From an uncultured Gemmatimonadales bacterium (lineage in GTDB: Bacteria > Gemmatimonadota > Gemmatimonadetes > Palauibacterales > Palauibacteraceae), in assembly GCA_963783385.1 (NCBI GenBank), contig CAWANJ010000001.1:128001-192000 (forward strand): a stretch of 64,000 nt of DNA, read 5' to 3'. The translations under genes were made by a program, and so were the position numbers. The notes under the pieces were generated by a model. That model had not been told where the DNA came from, ran no database searches, and saw only the letters and a list, made by a program, of their open reading frames with translations. Below, in pieces: positions 49,441 through 60,516 of the stretch; the first letter of the stretch is position 1, and each line of letters begins with the position of its first letter.

Positions 49441-50451
49441 TCAGCTACGGCGCGTGACCACGAAGTCCGCTGCCTGCGTCAGCGCCTCCGTGGCGAGTCC
49501 AGACGGCAAATCTTCGAGCCAGCCGGCCGCACGTTCGGCCCAGAAGCGTGCCCGGTCGCGGGCATACTCCAGGCCTCCCCGACGCTCCACGATACCGACC
49601 ACCTCCGCCACCAGTTCGTCACGAGGCTCGGGATGGGCGAACAGCGCGTCGACCCTGGAACGCTCGTCCCGGTCCAGGGAGGGAAGCGCGGCGATCAGGG
49701 GCAGGGTCACCTTGTGCTCCCTCAGGTCCTGGCCGCTCGGCTTCCCCATGACTCGGGAGGAGGCCGTGTAATCCAGCAGATCGTCGGTCACCTGGAACGC
49801 CATGCCGAGGGCGTAGCCATACGACCGCAACGGCTCCCGGAGCTCCGGACACCCGACCAGGGCGCCGAGCTCGCAGGCCGCCGCCATCAGGGAGGCGGTC
49901 TTGCACTCGCACAGCAGCTCGTAGTCCTCCTCCCCAGCATCCAGAGCATCGTGGGCCATGAGCTGGCGCATCTCGCCGACGGTCATGCGATTGGCGGCAT
50001 CCCCGAGGATCTCGACCGCCTCCACGTCCCCGAGCCGCGCCAGCTCCGTGAGCGCTCTCGAGTAGAGGAAGTCACCCATGATGATCGCGACCTGGTGCGT
50101 CCAGCGGGCATTCACGGTGGGCATGCCGCGCCGGCGGACCGAATGGTCGACCGCGTCGTCGTGGACGAGCGTGGCGACGTGAACCAGCTCGACGACGGCC
50201 GCCAGATCCACGGCACGTTCGTCGGGACTGTTCCCCACCTCGTTGGCCAGGAGCAGGAGGGTGGGCCGTACGAGCTTTCCTTCCATGCCCGCCAGATAGT
50301 CCGACACCTCGTCCACGGCCGCGTAGCCGTCGGCCACCATCGCGACGATCCGCCGGCGGACCGCGTCGAGACGCGACCGCACGGGCTCACGCAAGGATCT
50401 GGGAGAAGAAGGGGCGGCCTCGAGCATGCTTTCACGGAGCCAGGGATTCAT
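49441..50451 (-). CDS. Polyprenyl diphosphate synthase (IspB-like)
   Basis: 'GKLVRP', 'LVHDDAVD...RRG', 'GDFL', 'KTASL', 'FQVTDDLLD', 'GKP.G.DL.E.K.TLP'. Confidence 0.93.
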   Translation of the reverse strand: MNPWLRESMLEAAPSSPRSLREPVRSRLDAVRRRIVAMVADGYAAVDEVSDYLAGMEGKLVRPTLLLLANEVGNSPDERAVDLAAVVELVHVATLVHDDAVDHSVRRRGMPTVNARWTHQVAIIMGDFLYSRALTELARLGDVEAVEILGDAANRMTVGEMRQLMAHDALDAGEEDYELLCECKTASLMAAACELGALVGCPELREPLRSYGYALGMAFQVTDDLLDYTASSRVMGKPSGQDLREHKVTLPLIAALPSLDRDERSRVDALFAHPEPRDELVAEVVGIVERRGGLEYARDRARFWAERAAGWLEDLPSGLATEALTQAADFVVTRRS

Positions 50452-50488
50452 CCGGCCGTCCGTGTGGACCGCCGATCGACGGCCGCCC

Positions 50489-50518
50489 AATGTAGACGCC
50501 CCTCGAGGAAGGTGTCAA
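50489..50518 (-). promoter_or_regulatory. Sigma70-like promoter for the polyprenyl synthase gene
   Basis: TTGACA (50518-50513, overlapping the upstream stop codon), 18-bp spacer, TACATT. Confidence 0.55.
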
Positions 50519-52040
50519 AGGGCACAGGCGCGCATGCGATCTCCGACATCCATGAAGTCGATGTCGATGCTGTAGACGCGCTCGAAGCACTCCAGGGCCT
50601 GCTCGGATGCGCCTAGCGCCTGGTGCGCCACACCCAGCTGATAAAGGACGCCGAGCAGCTCCACCTCGGCGTGCCCGGGAAGGCGTAACGCCCGGGTCAG
50701 CACCCGCACGGCGACCCGGTGCAGATCCTCCTCCAGGAAGCACTGTCCCAGGAGCTCGAAGGCACGCACGGGCGGCTCGGGAGCACGGGTCGCCGCCTGG
50801 AACTCACGGATCGCATCCTCCAGTCGACCCATCTGGTGCAGGGCGATCCCGAACTCGCAGTGCGCCGCGGGGTCCGCCTCGTCGTGCGTCGCGTCGATGC
50901 GCGCCCGGAAGCCGACGAGCATGTCGTCGAAGTCCCGTCCCCAGCTCCCGCCCCGGCGGGCGCTCCCGCCAGCTCGGGATCGGAGTCGCTCGGCCCGGCA
51001 TCGGTAGGCTCCGGCGCGGACATCTCCGCCTCCGGGACGGACGCTTCCCGTCCGGAATCCGCTTCGGTGCCCGACCCGGTCGACTCAGACTTCTCTCGGG
51101 CGACGCGAAGGGCCTGACAGGCCTGGTGATGATCCGGTTCGAGCTCGAGGATCCTGCGGTGCACCGTGAGGGCCGCATCGTCGCTCCCCGAGCGCTCCAG
51201 ACAGCACGCCAGCTCCAGATAGCTGCGCACGAGCAGCGCCCCATCTTCCAGCCCGGAGGCGAGCTCGACCCGCTTGCGATAGACGGAGACGCGGTCCGGG
51301 TCTGCCTCGACGAGCGCATCGGTCGCCTCGAGGGCCGCCCGAAGGTCGCCCCGCTCCTCGGCCTCCCGTACGGCCTGCTCGGGATCGAGCGGGGGCTCGG
51401 GGGAGGACGGGACCTCGTCGGGATAGCGGGCGAGGATCTCCGGAGCCAGAGACTCGAGCCTCTCGCGAACTGCCCGGCCGATCGGCCCATCGTGGGCCAC
51501 CCCGTCGTACAGCTGCGCGAGCTCCTCGGTGGCCTCCTCGCGGCGGCCTCCCTGCAGGAGCCGGTCGATCATCTCGAGGTGGAGCTCCCGGTCCGAGGTG
51601 AGGCGGGCCAGCTCCAGGAAGGCCTCGATCGGGCCATCCTGATCGCCCTGCTCCTCGAGCCGCGCCGCGTATTCCAGAAAGTTGGTCCTGGCCTCCGCGA
51701 CCAGGCCGGTCGCCGCGTGGAGTCGCCCCAGGGTGCGGTAGACATCGACCCGTTCCGGCGCCACCCTGAGGATCTTGTCACACAGCGCGATGGCGCCCCC
51801 GTAGAGCTCCTGTTCCGCGTAGCGTTCCACCGCATCCAGATAGGACTTGACCGCTCTGGTCGGGTCGTTCTGGCGCAGATGCAGGTCGCCGATGCGGTTG
51901 TAGAGGCTCAGGTCGGGCAGGCCCTCGCCGGACGCCGCCGACTGCTCCAGGGCCTCCCCGTAGAGCTCGATGGCGCGGGCCCAGTTCTCCCGCTGCTCCT
52001 CGTGGCGCGCCTGGTTCTTGAGGTGCTTTATGCTCGCCAT
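50515..52040 (-). CDS. Multi-TPR protein, -1 frameshift near 50937
   Basis: N-terminal TPRs (MASIKHLK...LYNRIGDLH); after a G-run slip continues 'DFDDMLVGF...HCEFGIALHQMG...LYQLG...FERVYSIDIDFMDV'. Confidence 0.82.
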
Positions 52041-52041
52041 C

Positions 52042-55000
52042 TCACTCGCGCTCGCTCTGGGCCGAGTCGGACTTCCGATCGCGGACAGCGTCGTTGGAAG
52101 CGGGACCCGGGGCGGTGGGCCCCGCATCATCGGATCCGGTCGAGAGCCAGCCCATCGACTCGAGCATCTCCGTCAGGTTGGGCACGTCCTCCTCCTCCAC
52201 GGTCGAATCCGACGCGTCACCGTCCGTGTCACGGCCGCCGGTCGGCGTGGCCGACTTCGCCGTGGCCTTCCACGGACTGGGATGTACCAACTCTCCCTCG
52301 CCGGCCGCCCCCGGCTCCGACTCTCCTTCGGACTCGTCGGCCGCGCCCCCCAACCATCCGAGCTTCTCCAGCATGCCCGTGAGGTTGGGGAAGTCCTCAT
52401 CCCTGTCCCCGGCCGGCGCAAGATAGGACGCCGCCGGCGAAAACGCGGTAGCCTCATCGTCGTCCTCGGCCCGGGCCGCGGCCACATCCGTCTCGCGCGT
52501 CGTGGCCGGGTCCGGCCCGCTTGCCGGAGGCTCGTCTCCCGCGGCGGTCTCTTCCACTTCGGGTTCGGCGGCCCAGCGCCGCCGGAGCACTTCTGTCAGA
52601 CTTCCCGCCGGCGGGGAGGAAGTCGGCTCTGGCTCCTCCTCCGCGGCCTCCACTTCGGCTGGCGGTTCCTCCTCGGCCACGGGCTCGGCCGCCGCCTCCG
52701 CTTCCGCTTCGACTTCTTCCGGGGGTTCGACCTCGGTGGCCGGGCCTCGGGCTAGCGCCCTCCGACTCGCGGCTCCGGCGGCGGCGACGCTCCGGCTGCT
52801 TCGGCTTCGGCTTCCGCCTCGGCCACGGGCTCGGCCGCCGCCTCGACTTCCGCCTCGAGTTCTTCCGGGGGCTCCACCTCGACGGCCGGCTCAGACTCGG
52901 GCTCGACCTCGGCCGCGGGCCCCGCCGCCTCGGGCTCGCGCTCCTCCTCCGCCTCCGCTTCCGCGGCCTCCAGCGGCGGCGACTCGGGCTCGACGGCCGC
53001 TTCGGCTTCGGCTTCCGCCCCGATATCGCCGGCGGGCTCCACCTCGACGGCCGGCTCGGGCTCCTCCTCCCAGGGCGCACGCACGGCGATCAGATCATCG
53101 GACTCCGCCAGCCCAGGCTCCGCCGTCGCGATCGCAACGGGCCGAACGGGGTCGCCCGGAAGCGGCTCGAAGCTCGCCGCGACGCCGGCCATGGGGGACA
53201 GCGTGCCCATCGTCACGATCGCCGGAAGCGCCGTGGCCAGCCCGGGCACCTCGCCCGGCGGATTCGGGTGCCGCACGGGGGCCCCGGAGGGCATCCCCTG
53301 TTCGCTCACGTCCCCGGAACGCCGCAGTCCCTTCAGGAAGCGAAGTCCTCGGAAGACTCCCGCGGGCTCCACGTCCTCATCGGGCTCCTCGGGGGAGACG
53401 GTCGCCGACTTCGGTCGACCGATTTGCAGGTAGTCCGGCGTCGGCACGGGCTCGCCCGCACCGTCCACGGGCGCAGCCGGCGCCGGGATGGCCCGGCCGG
53501 GATCCACCGCCGTGAATACGAAGGCGCTCGCGGCGAGGGGCTCGAACCGACCCCTCTCCCCGTCGGCCCCTATCCTCACCGGAGCCGCCCGCGACGACCC
53601 GAGCTCCACCACCGCCCCGGTGGATCCACCCGACGGGGGGGCGTCTCCGATGGCCGCAGCGAAGTCAGGGTCCCAGGCCGGCGTCCGCATCCCGGCTTCC
53701 GCGAGAGCGGGCAGGGGCCGGGCCGCATCCCCGACCACGATCGCGGGCCAGGAGGCCGCTTCCGGGACGGCGGAATGGACGTCGAAGCCGGTCCGAGCCG
53801 CGAACGTGAGGCTCGCGCCTCCAGAGAACTCTCTGCCGATCGGTTCCGGGGCGGACGGACCCGCCTCGAGTTCCGTCCGAACCGCCTCCCCGACACTCTC
53901 CGCCTCGGCGGGGCGCACCACGCGGAGCGATCCGAGGTGGACCGCTACGGGGCGCGCTCCGTCCACGTGAACGGCCGCCGTGCCGATCGCCGCCAGGGCG
54001 GCACGCACGTCCAGGATTCCGGAAGCCCGGACCCCGCCGGAGTCGGCTCCCGCATGCACGGGCGCCAGGTCGGCCGTCGGAGCGACCACGGCGTCCGTTG
54101 GCGAGATCGGGGCGGGCGTCACGCGCGCGAGTGTATCGGGCTCGCTCCGAACGGGATCCGTCCCGGTTTCGTGTGCGACGAGACGAGCGGTCCACCCGGG
54201 GTCGGCAGCGCCGGTGGCCGCGACCGTGAAGGAACCGGCCCGAATCTGCCTGCGCGCCGCCGGTCGGCTACCCGCGCGCGACACGATCGCGGCGATGGGC
54301 GGCTCCGCCACAGGATTCGACGGAGCGACGGCCGCCACGGCCGGACGAGCGGGCGTCAGGGGCGGGAGCGTCGAGGGCAGCCCCCTGCGGAAGCGCGGCG
54401 TCGGCGGTCGGCTCCGGTTCGGGGACATCCAGAGCAGCGGCCTCGACCTCCGGACGCTTCCGCGGCCGCCGCTCGCGGGCTCGCGAATTCCCGGAGACAG
54501 CTGTCCCGCGCTTGCGGCGGTGCCGGATCGGCTCCTCCACCGTGGCCGGCTCGGGCTCCGCGGCCGGCTCGGGCTCCGCGGCCGGCTCTTCGGCCTCGGC
54601 GGCCGGCGTTGTTTCCCCGGTGGGCTCTTCGGCCTCCGCCACCGGCTCGGACACGAGCTCGGGCGCCAGACGGCGGAGGCGCTCGTCGACGTCGAGGCTG
54701 GTGTCGCCGCGTTCCGCCCGGGCCTCGCGGACCCGCACGAGCTCGCGCACGGCCTCGTCCCGCCGGCCCGCGTCGGCCAGTCGATCCGCCGCTTCGAGTC
54801 GGAGCGTCTCGTCGCCGCTCGCGGCCAAGAACTCGAGGATCGCCAGCAGGCCATCCTCTTCCCTCTCCGACGCATTGGCTCGACGCACGTACTCGAGCAG
54901 CACCTGGCGCGCATCGGCGACCAGGCCGGACGACAGGTGGAGTCGCATGAGGCGAAGCCGGCCCTCGTCCTCGTCCGGAGCCACGCGGAGGATCTTGTTG

Positions 55001-55260
55001 CATAGGGCGACGGCGGGGGCGTGCAGGCCTTCGGCCTCGTAGCGCTCGGCGGCCTCGAGGTAGGAGGCGACCGCCTGCTCGGTGTCCTCGAGACGCAGGT
55101 ACAGGTCCCCGATGCGGTTGTACAGGCCGAGCTCCCGCATCAGGTCGCCCTGTGCGTCGGCTCGCCGCAGGGCCTGCCTGTACAGGTCCACGGCGCGGGA
55201 CCAGTTGCCCCGCTGCTCTTCCTTTCGGGCCCTGTCCTTCAGGCTCGATACCGAGGCCAT
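52042..55260 (-). CDS. Large TPR protein with Ala/Pro/Glu-rich tail, probably two or more frameshifts
   Basis: N-terminal TPRs paralogous to the downstream gene (ORF 54268..55260), continuing in ORFs 52752..54914 and 52042..52680; the joins are inferred. Confidence 0.6.
52671..52890. repeat. Imperfect direct repeat of about 74 bp (EVEPPEE.EAE.EAAAEPVAE)
   Basis: Copies start at 52671 and 52817; the 146-bp spacing is not a multiple of 3, supporting an indel between them; a partial third copy lies near 53037. Confidence 0.7.
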
Positions 55261-55343
55261 CGCCCTTCCACGGTCAGCGGTGTTGCATTCGTGCTACAGA
55301 CGCACGAACGGCAACCTAGAATGTATGGCCGATCGGCCCGTAG

Positions 55344-56897
55344 CTACAATCCCTGATCGTGGAAGACGTGCCGCCGTACGACCGCCGCGAGCGACCCCTC
55401 TCGGAGCAGCCCGACCACCTCCGCGATGTCCGGCGCGAGGGAACGATCCTCGTCGAGGGGTCGGACGCGATCCCGAAGCAGGTCGATCCCCTCCTCCACT
55501 CCGAGCCCCGCCCGAAGGGGCCGCAGGAGGTGGAGAGCCTGGGCGGCGGCGAGCAGCTCGATAGCCAGGACGCGCTCGAGACAGGTCACGGCGGACCTCG
55601 CCTTGTCCGCCGCGTGCATGCCCATGGAAACGTGGTCCTCCTTGGCCGCGCCGGTCGGTATGGTCCCGACGCTGGCGGGCACGGCGAACTGACGACAGGA
55701 AGCCACCTGGGCCGCCGCGGTGACCTGCAGCATCATCATTCCGGACCGAAGACCGGGCTCGGGCGTCAAGAACGCCGGGAGCCCCGAGAGGTCGGGGTTC
55801 AGCAGACGATCGGTGCGGCGTTCGCTGATCGTGGCGAGGATGGTGGCCGCCAGCGCGAGCTGATCGACCGCGCTCGCCACGGGCTGACCGTGGAAGTTGC
55901 CGTTCGACAGGAGCCGGAACGCCCCCTCCTCTCCCGTGACCAGGGGGTTGTCCGTAGCCGAGTTGATTTCCACCTCCAGGACCCGGCGGACGAAGGCGAG
56001 GCTGTCACGGGCCGCGCCGTGCACCTGCGGCATGCAGCGGAGGGAGTAGGCGTCCTGCACGCGCGGATCGCCGTGGCGGTGACTCTCGCGGATCTCGCTT
56101 TCACGGAGCAGGCGGCGGAGACGCAAGGCGCTGGCCGCCTGGCCCGGGTGCGGCCTGAGCTCCTGGATCTCCGGCGCGAAGGGATCGGGCGTGCCGCGCA
56201 GCCCCTCGAGCGACGCCGCGCCGGCCAGGTCGGCCGCATCCGCCAGCGCCTCGGCGCGCAGGAGGGTCAGAGTGCTGACGGCCGTCATCGCCTGGGTTCC
56301 GTTCAGGAGGGCGAGGCCCTCCTTGGCTTCGAGCCGCGTCGGCTCCAGGCCGGACCGGGACAGGGCCTCCGCGCCGCCCATGCGCTCCCCATCCACCGTC
56401 GCCTCGCCCTCGCCCACCAGCACGAGTGCCATGTGCGCGGCCGGAGCCAGGTCTCCCGAAGCGCCCACGGAGCCTTCTCGGGGCACCACGGGAGTCACGT
56501 CGCGGTGGAGGAGCTCCAGGAGCAGGTCCACGAGCTCGGGCCTCACGCCGGTGTGGCCCGAGGCGAGGACGTTGGCGCGCAGGAGCATCATCGCCCGTGT
56601 CTCGTCCCTGCCGAGCGGCTCGCCCACGCCGCACGCGTGGCTGCGGATCAGGTTGAGCTGGAGCTCCCGCAGACGTTCCCGGGACACCCGCACGTCCGAG
56701 AGCTTGCCGAAGCCCGTGTTGATCCCGTACACCGCCCGGTCGCCCAGCACGATGCCTTCGACGGCGGCCCGGGTCGCGCGCATGCGCTCCCGGGCCGGGC
56801 CCGCCACCAGGAGCCGGACGCCCGCTCCCCCCGCCACCTCCGCCACGTCTCGGAGGGCCAGCGACCTTCCATCGATCTCGAGCGACCGTTCGGTCAT
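55344..56897 (-). CDS. hutH: Histidine ammonia-lyase
   Basis: 'VYGINTGFG', 'LIRSHACG' (SH, His-specific), MIO motif 'GASGDLAP', 'QDAYSLRC.PQVHG', 'GNFHG', 'EDHVSMG'; ATGA overlap with the lptD stop. Confidence 0.95.
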   Translation of the reverse strand: MTERSLEIDGRSLALRDVAEVAGGAGVRLLVAGPARERMRATRAAVEGIVLGDRAVYGINTGFGKLSDVRVSRERLRELQLNLIRSHACGVGEPLGRDETRAMMLLRANVLASGHTGVRPELVDLLLELLHRDVTPVVPREGSVGASGDLAPAAHMALVLVGEGEATVDGERMGGAEALSRSGLEPTRLEAKEGLALLNGTQAMTAVSTLTLLRAEALADAADLAGAASLEGLRGTPDPFAPEIQELRPHPGQAASALRLRRLLRESEIRESHRHGDPRVQDAYSLRCMPQVHGAARDSLAFVRRVLEVEINSATDNPLVTGEEGAFRLLSNGNFHGQPVASAVDQLALAATILATISERRTDRLLNPDLSGLPAFLTPEPGLRSGMMMLQVTAAAQVASCRQFAVPASVGTIPTGAAKEDHVSMGMHAADKARSAVTCLERVLAIELLAAAQALHLLRPLRAGLGVEEGIDLLRDRVRPLDEDRSLAPDIAEVVGLLREGSLAAVVRRHVFHDQGL

Positions 56898-59752
56898 TGT
56901 GAGAGCCCGCTCCTCTGGTCGTAGTTCACATGCAGCTGGGGAACATCGGTCAGGGACACCTGGAAGTCGAACAAGAAGTTGCCGTTGGGCGACTTGGTGA
57001 AGTCGAAGCGCGCTTCCCAGCGGTGTAGCGTGCGGACGAGCGAGACCTGCTGCTGCTCGAACTGTCGGTCGGTGAGATTGTAGGAGGTCGACCACTGCAC
57101 CCGCCAGTTGGGGGTCGGCTGCAGGCTGAAGTTGCTCTGGAGCGTCTGGTTGTTCTGCCCGAACTCGCCGGGACGGTAGCGGTTGAGCGAGTAGCTGAGG
57201 CTCAGGTTCCACGGGCCCCCGCGGCGCTCCTGTGTGTCTCCCTCCGGCGAGCGCTGTGTGCGGGGCGGCTGGGCCCTCGACGCCCCCCCCGACCCGAGAC
57301 CCACCAGCGACCCGAGGCTCATGCCGGAGGAGATCGTGAAGCTGGCGTTGAGTCGCGTGAGAAACGGCGAGAAGTGACGGTCCGGACCGGTCCCCTCGAA
57401 CAGGTCATGGGTCATGTTGAGCGAGAAACCCCTGAGGAGATCCGAACTGAAGGAGTTGGTGAGGGTCTCGGTCTGCAGCACGGGCTGCCCGCGCGACGAA
57501 GCCGCGAAATCGAAGGTCAGCGGCGTGCTCGTCTGGATGGAGAGGAGCATGACCTTGCGCTCCTGGACGGCCGATGCCGGAGCCGGCGGGCCGCCCTGGA
57601 CGGCAGCGCCAGCCAGCGTGCTGCCCGGCGCCGCCGAGCTGTCGGTCGCCGGCGCCGCGGTCAGGGTCGTATCCATCGCCGCCCCGGTGGTGTCGACGCC
57701 CGTCGTGTCGCCCGGGGCCGCCGCGCGGCCGGCCGAGTCGGAAGAGGCCCGGGGGGGCGGCGCGGCCCGGACCTTGGCCTCGAAGGTCTGCGAGATGCTG
57801 ATGCTGAGCCGGTTGTGGGGGTCGGAGCTTCCGCCGGGGTAACCGGGGATCTGGCTCAGAGAATCCGGCGTGGAGACCGCGGGCGTGTAGGTCCAGGTGA
57901 AGCGCGGCGAGATCTTGTGACGGATGCGTGTGAACGGCCCGAACCCGGGGAAGAAGGCGTACACGTCGGTCGACAGGGTCGCTCCGAAGCTGGCCCGCGC
58001 GGGCGCCGTCAGGTACTGGCCCCGCGTGTCCGGAACGGAGTCGGCCCGGTCCAGGGACCGGAACATCCCCCCGCTCACCGAGACGGTCGGACGCAGCGTC
58101 GTGCCCCCCATGAGCCCCACCTGGTAGTCGGCGCCCGCATTCCAGGTCAGGGCCGTCTGACTGAAGGCCGGCTGGTCGTTACCGAGGCTGTCGACCGGGG
58201 TCCTCAACTGGTCGTTGTAATTGGCCGACCCCTGGAGGTTGAGGCCGCCCAGGCGAAGCGACTGGTTGGCGGAGGCGGTGGTCTGGCGGGTATCGGTGCC
58301 GAAGTTCACGGACTGCGTCTGGCGCTGGAAATTCACGGCGGCCGACCACACGAGGTTGTTGAACAAGCCGGCGCGATCGCTCGGCGCCCGGAACAGGGTC
58401 ACCAATGGAAAGGATGCGCTGACGGACGGCAGCGTGTACTGGAGCTGGCTGTTGGGCCCGAGGAATTGTCGGCGTCGTGCCCCCAGCGTGAGGTTGACCC
58501 ACGAGAGCTGCTTTCGAAGGGACACGTTGGAGTCGATCGTCTGCGTCTGCTGGTTGGGGTCGAAGCTCCGGTTCAGGTAGGTGCCCGGGCTCTGGACGTA
58601 CTGTGCGCTCACGTCCACGTGTGTCCCGGGGCTGAGATCCTGCTGATGGTGGACGTTGAAGCTCAGGTTCCGGCCCGTCTTCCCGAACTGCTCGGCCGCC
58701 TGGAGGCTCCCCTGGAAGTGCTTCTTGATGTCGTTGTACCGGTACCTGCCGTTGAGCTGCGTATACTGCCCGCTGTACCAGTCCACGGTGAACTCGGCGT
58801 CCATGAACCGATTGATCGCCCAGTAGTAGCCGAAATCCCTGACGTTGCGGCTGTAGCCGCGTCCGGTCCGCACGATGTCGTTGATCCCGAACTGCGGCGG
58901 CAGGATGCCGCTCCGCCGGTCCGGGCGGATGTCCTGGGCGAAGAAGGGGAGCCAGAAGACCGGCACGTGCTCGATGTACAGGGTCACCGGCCAGGCCACG
59001 ATGACGTCCTGGTTCACCATCTTGATCTGACCGGCCTGGAACCAGTAGTGGGGCTGGTCCAGGTCACAGGTGGTGAACTGGCCCTTGCTCACGAACAGGG
59101 TGTCCGTGCCGACCGGCACCGCGTTTCCGTTCACGATCCAGTCGGCGCCCTGGGCCGCGAACTGCGTGCGCGCGTCCATGACCGTCCCCTTGCGCCTGGA
59201 GACGTCGTAGTAGAGCACGGAATCGCTCTTCACCTGGCGCTGGTCGGGACTCATGAGCAGCAGGTGTCCCCGCGCCGCCAGGAAGGCGAGGCGCGACCGG
59301 TAGGTGATCGAATCGGCCTGCAGCGCGGCATCGCCGTAGTTGGCCTGGGCCGAATCGTTGAGCCGGATGACCCGGTCCGGCACATCGAGGCCGACCTTCC
59401 GGCCGCGATACTCCACGATCCGGAAGCCCTCGAGATTCATGAGCCCCTGGAAAAGCGAGTCCCGCTTCGGGAAGGACCCTCCCGCCAGGCCCTGGCGCAT
59501 CTGGGCCAGCTGGGCGGCGGGCAGGGTGTCCACGGCCGCCGAGTCGGCGGCCGCCGTGTCCCGTCGCGCGGGGGGCGTCGTGTCGGCCCGAGCCGGGGGC
59601 GTCGTGTCCGGCCGGGCGGGCGGGGTGGGTTCGGTGGCCGTGGCCCGCGGAGCACCGGCCTGGACGGGGGAGGCCTGCGCGGGCCGGGCGATCAGGAGGA
59701 GCACCGCCCACGCCGCCAGGGCGTAGCGCGCCGCTCCGCCCGCCGATCTCAC
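56894..59752 (-). CDS. lptD: Putative LPS assembly protein LptD
   Basis: Signal peptide, beta-jellyroll 'FTTCDL..PHY', 'P.FWLPF...RRSGIL.P', barrel strands, 'HRWEARF'. Confidence 0.8.
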   Translation of the reverse strand: MRSAGGAARYALAAWAVLLLIARPAQASPVQAGAPRATATEPTPPARPDTTPPARADTTPPARRDTAAADSAAVDTLPAAQLAQMRQGLAGGSFPKRDSLFQGLMNLEGFRIVEYRGRKVGLDVPDRVIRLNDSAQANYGDAALQADSITYRSRLAFLAARGHLLLMSPDQRQVKSDSVLYYDVSRRKGTVMDARTQFAAQGADWIVNGNAVPVGTDTLFVSKGQFTTCDLDQPHYWFQAGQIKMVNQDVIVAWPVTLYIEHVPVFWLPFFAQDIRPDRRSGILPPQFGINDIVRTGRGYSRNVRDFGYYWAINRFMDAEFTVDWYSGQYTQLNGRYRYNDIKKHFQGSLQAAEQFGKTGRNLSFNVHHQQDLSPGTHVDVSAQYVQSPGTYLNRSFDPNQQTQTIDSNVSLRKQLSWVNLTLGARRRQFLGPNSQLQYTLPSVSASFPLVTLFRAPSDRAGLFNNLVWSAAVNFQRQTQSVNFGTDTRQTTASANQSLRLGGLNLQGSANYNDQLRTPVDSLGNDQPAFSQTALTWNAGADYQVGLMGGTTLRPTVSVSGGMFRSLDRADSVPDTRGQYLTAPARASFGATLSTDVYAFFPGFGPFTRIRHKISPRFTWTYTPAVSTPDSLSQIPGYPGGSSDPHNRLSISISQTFEAKVRAAPPPRASSDSAGRAAAPGDTTGVDTTGAAMDTTLTAAPATDSSAAPGSTLAGAAVQGGPPAPASAVQERKVMLLSIQTSTPLTFDFAASSRGQPVLQTETLTNSFSSDLLRGFSLNMTHDLFEGTGPDRHFSPFLTRLNASFTISSGMSLGSLVGLGSGGASRAQPPRTQRSPEGDTQERRGGPWNLSLSYSLNRYRPGEFGQNNQTLQSNFSLQPTPNWRVQWSTSYNLTDRQFEQQQVSLVRTLHRWEARFDFTKSPNGNFLFDFQVSLTDVPQLHVNYDQRSGLSQ

Positions 59753-60516
59753 CCCGACGACTCCTCCGGGGCCCCGACCTCACGGGCGCGCCGCGACCGC
59801 GTGACCAGGCGCACGAGCCAGATCGACACCTCGTACAGCAGGAACATGGGCGTCATCATCATGAGCTGCGTCCCGACGTCGGGCGGGGTGAAGATGGCCG
59901 AGAGCGTCGCGATGAGGACGAACGCATGCCTGCGGTACTTCGAGAGGAACTCCGGCGTGACCAGACCCATGGCGCCCAGGACCACCATCACGACCGGCAT
60001 CTCGAAGATGATCCCGAATCCGAGCAGCAAGCGGGTGGCGAACTTGAGGTACTCGTCTACCGTGATGATCGGCGACAGGGTCTGGCTCTGGATGCCCAGG
60101 AGGAAGCGGAGGCCCAGCGGCAGCACCATGAAGTAGGCCATGGCGATGCCGGCCAGGAAGAGCAGGAAGGATACCCAGATGGCCGGAATCACGTACTTGC
60201 GCTCTTCGTCCTGGAGAGCCGGCGCCAGGAAGGCCCACACCTGGTAGGCGATGAAGGGGAGCGCCAGGACGATGCCGACCACGATCGCCAGCTTGATCGT
60301 GATGATGAAGGGGGTGGTCGGGCTGGTGAACATCAGCTTCTGGTCGGGGATGAGGTCCATGATGGGGCGCTCGAGCAGCCCCAGCACGTTCAGCTTGGTG
60401 ACCAGAAGCAGGCCGATGACGGCCCCGACCAGGAGCGCAGCCAGGCTCCAGATCAGCCGCCACCGGAGCTCCTCCAGGTGGTCGAGGAAAGGCATTTCCG
60501 CCGCGCCGCGGGCCAT
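59749..60516 (-). CDS. tatC: Twin-arginine translocase TatC
   Basis: 'MPFLDHLEELRWRL', 'YQVWAFLAPAL...E', 'FEMP', 'TPPD', 'LLYEVSI'. Confidence 0.96.
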   Translation of the reverse strand: MARGAAEMPFLDHLEELRWRLIWSLAALLVGAVIGLLLVTKLNVLGLLERPIMDLIPDQKLMFTSPTTPFIITIKLAIVVGIVLALPFIAYQVWAFLAPALQDEERKYVIPAIWVSFLLFLAGIAMAYFMVLPLGLRFLLGIQSQTLSPIITVDEYLKFATRLLLGFGIIFEMPVVMVVLGAMGLVTPEFLSKYRRHAFVLIATLSAIFTPPDVGTQLMMMTPMFLLYEVSIWLVRLVTRSRRAREVGAPEESSG

